From Protoeuglena noctilucae (lineage: Eukaryota), in assembly GCA_958009085.1 (NCBI GenBank), contig OY253668.1:186001-250000 (forward strand): DNA of 64,000 bases, written 5' to 3'. Position 1 is the first letter of the stretch; every line of letters begins with the position of its first letter. Position numbers and translations under genes: made by a program. The notes beneath the pieces were generated by a model that was given only the letters and a program-made list of their open reading frames with translations, did no database searches and was not told the origin of the DNA. This document shows, piece after piece, positions 12,453-23,000 of this stretch.

Positions 12453-13185
12453 GGCGTTCATTGTGGTGTGCATCGAGGTCTTTTGAGGTCCTTCAGGCGC
12501 GTTGCTGTCGCTGGTTACCCTCTCCTAGCCTGTCCCTTTGCGCGGGTCGCCGCTCAGTGACCCGGCCTGCGGTCGTCACTGTGCACCTTTCAAAGCGCCA
12601 GGTAGAGGCAAGTGGTCCGCATGGGCGGGCATGGAGTGGGGCTGAGGAACGCGTTGCCGCATGGGCCTCATGAAATGCCAGGGCGAAGCGTACGCGGCAG
12701 AGACAATGCTTCCGTTTACGGCTCTGGACGGGCTACCCAGTCGCGTGCAAGTCAGAGGAACAAATCAGGGCTCACACGACTGCGGCCAATGGAGAGCAGC
12801 CAGTGGAGCGGGCGGGTCACTGCGTCGCATCAGGCGCCGCCGCCAGCCGGGGCGCGGCCCGAGTGGCCAGGGCATGACGGCAGCGCGGCGGCGGCGGACG
12901 CAGCCGCACCGGCTGATAGCACGCCGTCGGCGCCAACGTGGAAGCGTAGCGTGACGCTGTGGCCGGCGCCTCTTCCGAGCTCGGCCCCGGGGGCGCGTCG
13001 GCATCCATCACTCGCAGCGGGTGGACAGGCAGAACGGAAGGGCTGGGGTGGGGTGCAACGAGACACGGGAACGCCACGCCCGCCACGCCAGCCCCAAGCG
13101 CCGACGACCAATGAAGTCACGTGGGACGTCGCCGGGAAGGTCCGGCCCTGGTCGCGGACCGGATCCCGCTACGTGGCGACCTGCG

Positions 13186-14780
13186 TCATGCCCCGAACGA
13201 CAGCCCCTCCATTTGCGGGGGGCGCCGTGGAGGCAAACCCCACACGTCCCTCCTCTCAATGACAACCGTGCCGTCCGCGTCCACGCCCAACTCCTCCCAT
13301 GGAGCCTCGTCCGCGGGAGTCCTGCGAAGCGAGCGAGCGCGAACGGTCCCGAAGCGCGGCGGAGCGCAGGGGCCAGTCGCAGCCACTGAGGGTGACCGAG
13401 CCATGCAGCCAGAGCGCCCCTTCGCCCACTCACATCTCGGTCGGGCCAAGCCCCGACACGCGTTCCTTGACCCCCGGCTCGACCCGCTGCTTGATCCGCT
13501 CAATCTCCTGAATGGTCGGGATGCGCAGCGTGCGGTTCTGCCCCTGTTGCCACGCCACGATCGCCATCTGGTTGCTGACCACCTCCACGTCCGGCTGCTG
13601 AAACTCGTCCTTGCCCCCTTGCCTGCAAGCACGCCGCAGAGCACCTCGGCGCCAATGCCGACCCTGGCAAACCCCCACCCCACCCCTCCAATCTCCAGGC
13701 AGGGACAAGATCCATAATTCGAACAAGCAGCATTCTCCCCACCAAGAAGTGATCCAGGTACGCGCCTGTACGTGGGCCTCGTCCTCGTGACAATCCCCTC
13801 GGCGGCCAAGTCACACAACCGCGTCCACGACTGCTCCTCCAGGACCACGTACTTGTACTCCACCCGCGTCCCAGCCACGAAGTCACCCTCCCACACCCAC
13901 ACGTCGCCCGGCGTCCAGCGCATGGGCACCTGGGGAGGCCGAGGAGCGGTCGTTGAGGCGTGGCTCGGGAGCTGGCCCGGGGCCGCGTCGCGGGGCCGCG
14001 CGCGCGGCGGAGCACTCGCCCTTGCTATGGAGAGGAAAGACCAACCCAGCGGCAGCTCGTTGCCCCCGACGCAAAGGATCTGCCGGCTGTGGACCCGGTA
14101 GTGCAGCGAGAGCCGCACGCGGACGCTCGGTATGCGCGGCTTCCGGACTTCGGTGCTCGGAGTCCGTGTGTCGTACTGATAAGAAACGTCCTTTCGTCTG
14201 CGGATCGGGGCCGGGGCGCGAGGGCGTCGGCATCGCGTCCTCCCGCCCGGCCATGTGCTGGCGGGCCCCTCCTGGGCTCGCCGCGCTCTGTCGCGCCGTC
14301 GCTGAGGGCGGACATTTCGCAGTCTAACAAGAGATGCCGCGACATGCAGTCCGCGCAGCCGCTCGTTGGGCGGGGATCGCCCATCCGGCCGCAAACGCAT
14401 GCTGCCCCTCACTGCCCGTCCGAGTCTTCAGCGCTGGCCCTCTCCGGCGATTCGTCCCCCGAGTCCGCCAGGGATCTCAAGACGGCTCTCCGGCGACGCG
14501 CTCCAGGCTCCCGCACAACCTGTGGGGGGCGGGCGGGGGGCTACCATTCCCTGGCCGGCATGGGGTGGCACCGGCAAGCCCCCCGGGGCGGCGGCTTCGG
14601 TCATGGAACGCACGATCCGAAAAGGGGCACATGACAGTCCGTACAGGGCCACCCGCGGCCCCGTTGGGGGCGTGGCACGCTCGCAACAGAGCACCCACCC
14701 GCAGCCCCAGGTGCGCGGGCCCTGTGGACCCGGGCCCGTGGCCATGCGACGCGGGCGCGCGCGGAGGCCACAAGGTACAT
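13186..14780 (-). CDS. CBM20 starch-binding-domain protein without a recognisable catalytic domain
   Basis: VRLSLHYRVHSRQILCVGGNELPLGWS...|VPMRWTPGDVWVWEGDFVAGTRVEYKYVV...AWQQGQNRTL matches the CBM20 consensus. N-terminal exons are Arg/Ala-rich and transit-peptide-like. Start (14780 vs 14400) is uncertain. Confidence 0.75.
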
Positions 14781-16067
14781 AAACCGCGCTCGTCTCGGGC
14801 TCAAGACGCCTCAGGCGAGTTGTGTGCGAAGCGGGTCCCTCGGCCGATTCAGAAAACCCCGGGAGACGCAGCCAGCGCCGGGTGGGGGCCGATTCGGCGC
14901 GATCGAGGGCACGATGCGCGCCGATCGGACGCGGGTTCCGCCAGCCGGGTGCCTCGCTCTTTCTCACCTCCGCACCAATCGTCGGGCGTCCCCATGGGGC
15001 GGGTCTCGGGCTCGGGCGCCCGCTACACGTGGCGCATTCGGCCACTAGGATGCCCCTCATCCCCGCGGTCGTCCCGGCGGCCTTCCCAGCTCGGCGATTG
15101 GCAGCCGGACGACCCGAGGCAAGCGCCGGGGCTGGACGGGGAGGAGCTGTCTTTTGTTCGTCATGCAAGAGTTGTGATCGGCTTTCGGATTTCATGGACC
15201 CGTCGGAACTTGCCAGTAAACACCCCCTCAAGACGACTGGCACTGTATGTCTGGCCCTCCTTTCTCGGCCACACTTGGTTTCCTCCCTCATGCCAGCACC
15301 ATTCCCTTTGAATCCACAATGCCTCGTAGGATACACCGGTCCTTCCCCACCCTGCGGATCACTCCGACGGCAACGCCCACACCCCCTTCCCTCTCCCCCT
15401 CCCCCTCCTCCCGCTGTCATGCCCCCCTTTTTAGACTCTCCAGGTCCTCTCCGCACATAACCTTGACCTCGCCTGCTTTTTTCCGCAGGACCACGCTGGA
15501 GAGCCACATACTTTTATGAGGGCCCAGCTTTTTCTATGTTTTCCCAGTCAGGAGGCGCGCGTCAGACTCGGTTGAAAGGCCCATGGCAGGCGCCTCGCTC
15601 GGTGCAGTTCCTGGCTCCCCTGCGGACTTGCGAACTGTCACCCAGCCACAGGTTGCCTGACCGCCTACGACCCGTCTCATCCCCGCAGGTTATCTTCGCG
15701 CCCGCTGCCGTCTGCCTGTGCTTCGTCCTGACCCTCTTCCCCTTTCTTTGTTGCAGTTTTTTTTTGATCTGCGGGCGCCGTGTCCGTCTGGCCAACGGTA
15801 CGGTTTGTGGGATACGTTGAGAAACCACTACGTACCACCCTTGTAAACTAACAATCCCCCCTCTTCTCCCCCTGTCTTGTCCTACTTGCTGTTTCTGACC
15901 ACTCATATGTTTCCAGCCCCGAAAATGGCGACCAAGACCTGGACCGACCCGAAATACTGTGCAGTCTTAAAGGCCTAATGGCGCGCGAATAAATGCCTGC
16001 TCTCATGGTCCCTGTCCGCTAAGCTGCTGCTAGACGACATGGTCGCGGGGATGCCGCTCTTCTGCAG

Positions 16068-16992
16068 CTAACTGGCGCTCTGTTCTGCGGAACCCTGGCG
16101 GAACACCGCCTTGAGCGCCATCTGCACGATCCCCAGAAGCGCACCGAATCCGTTGGGCGCCCAGATGAACGGGGATCCCATCGCCAGACCGTATGCAAGC
16201 CACGCCGACCCGTTCATCGTGTTGGCGGCGGCGAGGAGGAGGTTGATCGATGAGGCGTCACGCTTCCGCACGATCGTGCTGAAAGTGCTGAGCGGCGCCG
16301 CGTAGTAGATAACTGCGGGAAGAGCACGGAATTTGAAGCATGCGGAGGGCCTTTGGCTAAGCGGGATGCGGGTGAGCGAACCCCACGCGCATCGCATCTC
16401 GCACCTAGGATGGCCACAGCCGTCGACCCCATCACGGTCGCCTGGTCTGCCGGCGAGTGCGCGAAGGCCTTGACCGAGACCCACCCCGCCAAGGCGACCA
16501 CAACGCTGCCGACCACGAGGGTTGCCTCCATGACCATTTGCGCCGTGGGCAAGGCGTACGTGTGGCTGCGGCCATGAGGCGGACTCCCGGGGGTGAATAG
16601 AAGCCCACATCCCATGCCACTGCATCTCGTGCGCCGCACTGGGGCTGCTCACGTGACTTGGGCGTAAAATATGCCCATCGCCATGCCTGGGACGTTCGCC
16701 ATCAGCACGAACCAATCCGAGGAGGCGTAGGCATAGCCTATCCATGCCGCGCAGTTCACCGCGATGACAGGAAACGGAAGAGGATTCACGCTGCCGATCT
16801 CCCGCGACGAGCGAACCTGCATGGGCCCAAACGGCTCCGCTTTGCTGGCAGCTTCACGGTGGCGTAGTCTTGTGGGCGCCTCCAGCCACTCACGCGAAGG
16901 ACCGCCGGCATTGCCGCGGCAAACATGACATTGGCCAGCACCGTCCCGATCAAGGGCGCCACCAGCGTGAAGAACACGCCGTCGGCGCCCAT
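16068..16992 (-). CDS. SWEET: SWEET/MtN3 family sugar transporter
   Basis: Two MtN3 repeats: APLIGTVLANVMF, NPLPFPVIAVNCAAWIGY, YYAAPLSTFSTIVRKRDASSI, WLAYGL...FIWAPNGFG. Confidence 0.92.
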
Positions 16993-17408
16993 CGTTCGGT
17001 CCCCAGCTACCGGGCCCTCTAGGCTATCGAGACCGGCCCGTCAGGAGCCCAACAGGCGTTGTAGAGCACGCGGCTTGAGTCAATGCCGCGGCTGCTGTGG
17101 CAAGTGGCGTGAGGATCGCACGTCCGCCGCAGATCACAGTTCACCTCTGGCACGAGGGCGTCGGACTGGTGTGTGCCCACACAACTCCGAGCCAGCCGTG
17201 GCCGACGCGCACACGCATCGCGACCGTCGCTTCATTCAGAAGTCCGGCAGATTGCGGCGTCCCTGCGAAGGACTTGTCCTGCCCCAGCCACCTCGAGCCT
17301 GACCGCTGAGACGCATCAACGCGTTGGAGATCGTGGCGCCAAGACCGTGGCAGTGATTGCGTCGTAGTGGGGGTTCCACCCCCGGTCGGTGGCACGCAGG
17401 AGGGAAGC

Positions 17409-19576
17409 ATGGCCCTGGACCCTTTGGCCGTCCCTAGCGGGTGTGCGAATTCGGATCGCCGGGGCAATGCGGAGCACTGCCCTCGTTTCTCCAGTCATCT
17501 CTTGACCTGCTGCCGCCTCGTTGGTGTCCCAAAACGGCGCGCGGGCGCGTTTGCCGGCATCCATCTCGCTCCTGCCCTGCTTGGTTCTCCCTGCAGGGTC
17601 CCGACGGATCCAGCTGTCCGTCAGGCCACTCCGACTCCCGATCCTGTGGACACCAAGGGGGACTGGAAGGCCATCCTGTACTTCTACACGCTGTTGGTCT
17701 TCATGGGTGCGTCGCGCGGGTCAATTTCCGCGCGCGGAGTTCCCATCTCGCAGATCCTTCCGGATCCGATGGCACGCGATGCATCACTTGCGCGCTGTTG
17801 GGCTCCGCTTCCCCCGATCGGCGCGGGGGCTCCGCTGCCACGCCCCGCATCAATTTCTTGCCGCAGTCTTCTTCCAGATGGGCGTCGTCTGGGCCAAGAA
17901 GTTTCACCCGAAGCGCTTCGATCAAGTCACGCTCGTAGGCCTGTGGCTCGTGCCCTTCCTCCTCGCCCTCTCGTGAGCTGCGCCCGCTGCAGCGCCCCGC
18001 CCCGCCCGGCGCTGCCCTCCCGCGCCCCACAACGCTCCCCCGGCACGCGCAGGTCGGGATTCTGGCGCTTCTGCTTCGTGTGGTTCTTATGGAGCTGTGT
18101 TACGGGCTACATGCTGCGACTGGCCATGCAGAAGCCGATTGCCACCACCACGCCCCGCCGCATCTACGCGTGGTTCCTCATGTCTCACCGGTGCGGCACG
18201 CAGCGGCGCTCATACTTCGCGTCTGCTGCGTCTCACTCCTCCGCACCATCGCTGCACCCGCGTCAGCCTGGCCGTCTCTCGCCCGCCCCATCGCACGCCT
18301 CCCGCTGTCCCTTGCACCCAGCATCACCATGCCCGTGGCCACCCTGGGCGTTCTCCTGATCGTCGGCAACTTCCTCGGCCTCGGCTCGATCGAGCTCTTC
18401 TTCTTCTCGGTCAACATGCAGCTGTCTTTGTTCTGGTACGGCGTCTATTTCGGGGTACTCACGCGGGACATGGCAGAAGTCAGCAGCGGTGAGGGGCGGG
18501 GCATATCCTGTGAGGGCGTTAGCAAGAATGCGTGAGGTGATGTGCGAGGGTCTGTGTTGGTGAGGTAGGGGCGCCCCGAGTGCCGGCGATGCTGAGGTTG
18601 AGGGTCGGTAGGACGGTTGTGTGCCGACGTGTCTCCTGGCACAATGTGAGGCCCTGGCTTCCACGCAGACCTGATGGCGGGCACGATGGGCGTCGGCAAG
18701 TCTACCCAGGGGCACCGGCTGGGCTTTTCCATGAACCAGTGCGGCATTTGCTCGGGGCAGCTGCAGGGGGCGACAATGCGGGCGGGGGAGGAGCTGCAGG
18801 TGACTTTTGGGGACGGGGTTAGGGGCCAAGGTGCAGGTGTGACTGGGGAGGGTGCTGGTGAGGGGCGGCGGTCATGGCACAGGCGACGGTCGGGATGCAG
18901 GAAGGCCTATGTTATTAGGTAGCGAGCCTGTCATGTCAGGGTCTCAACCATATTCTCGTGCATGACATGTGTCACACATGCACCTGGTGGTGCTTGTCCC
19001 TAATCCCTGCAATCACCCGCACCCACGCCCGGCCGTGCTCGCAGCCGGGTGGTGAGGGCCACGTACGTTTGCCCTGCAAACACGCCTTCCATGACTACTG
19101 CATCCGGGGCTGGACCATGGTGGGCAAGAAGGACATGTGTCCCACTTGCCTGGAGAAGGTCGACCTGCGCCACTTGCACGCCGACCGGCCCTGGGAGCGC
19201 ATGAACGTCGTGTGGGGGCAGATGCTCGACCTGTTCCGATACCTCGTCGTCTGGTTCCCCGTCCTCATCCTCACCATCCACCTCACCTTCTACGGTGAGC
19301 GGCGGGAGGGGATGCGGTCGCTGCGACTGCGAATAGGGGCCATGCACGCATCGCCGAACTCACAGATTTTGTGAGCCATTGTGAGCCAGTGACAAGACCC
19401 ACAGTCGGTGTCGTGGACGCGACGCGATGTCTTCCGTCTCCGCAGAGCTGGGCATTCTCCCGCCCAACCCTCACTCGGACAAGACCCCGCCTGCACCCAC
19501 CCCCGCCGCTTCCCTCGGAATGGCAACACCCGCAGCCACCCCCGTCGCCACCCCCGCGGCCACTGCGACGTCGTGA
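17409..19576 (+). CDS. RNF121: RNF121/RNF175-like multi-pass membrane RING-H2 E3 ligase
   Basis: VTLVGLWLVP, TTPRRIYAWF, WYGVYFGVLTRDMAE, CGIC...LPCKHAFHDYCIRGWTMVGKKDMCPTCLEKVDL, PWE...WGQMLDLFRYLVVW. Confidence 0.9.
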
Positions 19577-20072
19577 CGTCGACGGACGCACGCCCGCGCG
19601 CTTTACTACGTGCCAGGCGTGGCACGGCTGGTGGGGCTTCAGGCTGGCGTGTGTTCTGGCAGACGCAGTTGGGTGTTACAGGCATACTGGGCTCCTCTGT
19701 GATTCGGGTGGCCCCCGCGTGTCGTGGGGGGCGCGTGTGTGGTGTAGCGGAGTCTCGGGGCGTGGGGACGGTGTTTAGAGGGGTTTTAGGTGGGAACAGC
19801 GGGTGGGGGGTTGTGAGCTTGTGGGGTGTGTGAAGGAGTGCTTGAATGGAAGGCAACGTTGTGGTGGCAGATACCCGAGGGTGAAATCGTGCATACGTCC
19901 GCTGTGGACTGTTGACGACAGTCACGACCCCATTCAAACGCCTTCCGAAGTTGCTGCGCCACACACCAGCAGCGAATTAGCAACAGCCCTCCCTGTGAAG
20001 CTTTTGACTGTCAGATCCGAGACTGTCTCTGCCTCAACCCAAGACTGTCCTTTGCCGCAACCTGAGACCCTC

Positions 20073-23000
20073 TTAGCCCGGGAGGCAGCAGAAGGCCGTG
20101 GCGCGCTCCAGCGTCAGAATCTCCAAAGCCTCTGCCGGGCTCAGCAGCGCAGAGAGACCCGCGTCGCCGTCCGTGTCCCTCGGCTGGCCCAGGACCTCAC
20201 CCAGGGTGGCCACGGGCGCGGCGTCTGTGGGTGAGACAGACACACACACACGAGATGTAGGGATGCGAGGTGCGTGTGGGGTGTCAGGACATATGGGATG
20301 GCCCCAGCGGCATATGCATGGCACACCAAGGCAGCACAACACGTATAAGTATCTATCAATCTCACACGCCCCAGCCAGCCCCTCACCGGGCAGGTGGCAC
20401 GCGTCCGGCGACACGCGGGCCAGGGCGGCGCGGAGCCGCGCGCAGTGCAGGGCCATCCGGGGCGCCACGACGGTGCGGCACAGAGCACGTTCGAGGGCTC
20501 GGCTCGAGGAGGACAAGGCAAGCACCCTCAGGGGCTCCCGTGCCACACCGTCCACGTCCTCCTGACTGTCGACTGGCACCTCGCCCTTGACCACCCTGGC
20601 CGCCAGCGCCACCACGGCCGCTGCGTCAGGGCCGGACACGCGGACGGCGATCCCCGCCAGGTCGCCTGGGGAAGGGCCGAGGTACGACCCGTCCGCCTCG
20701 CAGCTGCGGGTGCGTGAGGGGCAGGGGCAGCAATTGGGCGTGGTGCAGAGCCAATTGTTGTGGACAGCACTGGCTGTCGCTATGGGTATCACAGATAGCA
20801 ATGGACCTCTAGAAAATGTAATAATTGCGGCATTACCAGGAATGTAATCACAGACTGACGACACCACCGGCGACGTGTCATTTCCTGCCCGTCAGCGCTT
20901 GCTTGCACTCGCCTCCACGTGAGCCCCGCGTCGGTGGGGGCAAACCCGCGCACGTGGGCGGTCATCGCCGCGGCCAGCGCCTCGGCCTCTCCCCTCGGGA
21001 AGCACACTGGCACTTGGCCGGTGCCAGAAGCGACGCGTGAGGGTATGCCCCAGAGGGTCAGGCGGTGGTCTGGGGGCAGAGGTTGGGGTGGACGAGGTCG
21101 TGAGGGGAAGCGAGGGAGTAAATGGTGATCAAATTGCCACCCTGTCGCAGTGCGCGCACGGCCCAACCCTTGTACCACCAGTCATGTCACCGCCGCAAAC
21201 ATGACAGGTTCAACCCCGCGCCCCCTCTGCCGCGCAGCCCCTCACCCCGACCCGCCGCCACTCCCATGTCGCTGCCGAGCCCCCATCCTCCCCACAGCAC
21301 CTCCAGCATCGCGGCCAAGACGTCCCTTGCCGCATCCACCGCCTCTCCCTCCAGACGCGGCCCTTCTGGCGCCAGTGAGGGCGTCAGAGGCCGCAGAGCA
21401 CGTTCGCAAGACAGGTACTCCCGCCAGCACCGGAGCTCCAGCAGCTGCGAAAGACAGGGGCGACGGTGTATTTGTTATGTATTGCTAAGCAAAGTCAGTG
21501 TGGCATCTTGACAAGCCACCATCCCTTGCACACCACACCCCGCCCACCGCTCCTCTGCACCCACTGCCTCTCTCTATCACCCCTATCCCCTGTTGACTGG
21601 GGTGTGTCAATCAACCCCGCCACCCCGTCACATGCATGCCACCCCACCACCCTCACACCCCCAGACCCTCACCTCGTCCACCACCCCCTCCCCCACGCCT
21701 ATCTGCGTCAGCACGTCCCCCCACTCTGCCGGATCCTGCTTCAAGAGCTGACTCAGCCAGGGGCCCAAGGCCGGGGGGCGGCCGCCATGGCTTAATGCAC
21801 CGTCCTCAAAGAAGGCCGACTGGCAGGCGCGGATGTGGTCGACAGAGGCACTGCGGGGGAGGGCGACATTGAGGAGATTGTTCTGTGGATCATTGCAAGC
21901 AGTTGTGGAAGAGGCGGTGGGTTGAGAAGATGCGAAGAGAGCGACGGGGGCGAGCAATTATCCATGCTGTCATAGCTTGGACATCTGACGCGGTTCATGA
22001 AGCAAAGAAGCGAGCCATGTGCGGCATGCGGCACACCCATGCACGACCCTGCCACCCCCGTCGCCCACTCACCTGAGCCCCAGTACGCGCAGGATGGCGT
22101 TGGCGCGGGCGGGGAGGTCCGCCGCCACCCCCCGCGCGTCCCACGAGAAGCTGAGCCACCGGAGGGCGTCCACCCGCTGCGTGGGGGCCTCAGTGGCGGC
22201 GGCAGCGGCGGTGGACGCACGCAGATCCGCAGCACGGTGCATCCAAGCGTGGCCCACCCAATGGCACCCGCGCTGAGGGCAGGACGAACACAAAAGGGTT
22301 CGGAGGATGTCTATGAGTCACTTGTCAAGCTGTGATGGCGTGCCCATCGCAACTTGGCAAGCCACGCTGCCACCCGCCCGTCCAGCCCCACCCCCGCTCG
22401 CCTTGTACATCCTCCGCCACTCGTCCACCGCCCGCCCCTGCTCCTGTGCGTATGTAAACAATGGATCGTAGAAATCCAGGACCCTCTCCTTGCGGGACCC
22501 GCCCCCAGGCCCCGCCACCCAACCGTAGTGTCGGGCGTAGATGGGGACTAGATCCTCGAGACCCGCAGAGACCAGGGCGCCTGCGGAACGAGAGCAATGC
22601 TAGTTGTTACTGTTTCATTGATGTTGTTGGTACTGTCAATCATGACTGACGTATGGGTATGAGCGGTTCGACCGGTAAACTCGCGAGTTGGCTGTCCACC
22701 ACCACGACGCCCTCTGCGAGGCAGCAGCAGCACTGCTCACCCATGTACGCCCTCAGCACCACGTCCCTAGCGTTCCCCAGCTCCTCCAGCGCCCGCTCCC
22801 TCGCCGCCCGGCTCCCGCGGCCGTCGTCCACTGCCATGCCCTGCCGCCCCTCGTCCCCCTCATCGCCACTGCGAGCCAGAACCATCCACAATCATCCAGT
22901 CGGCACTCGTCGTGTCATTGGTAGAACTCAGTAGCAACGATTCATCAGCGACGAGTCCGACACAGCAACGATGCACTGTCGCCCCATCTATCTCTGCCGA

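Noticed and set aside
15259..15270. CCTTTCTCGGCC matching the U2 snRNA 5' end
   Set aside because: The match stops after 12 nt; no GTAGTA branch-pairing sequence follows.
15926..15940. TGGCGACC as an LTR primer-binding site
   Set aside because: No LTR pair and no gag/pol remnants nearby.
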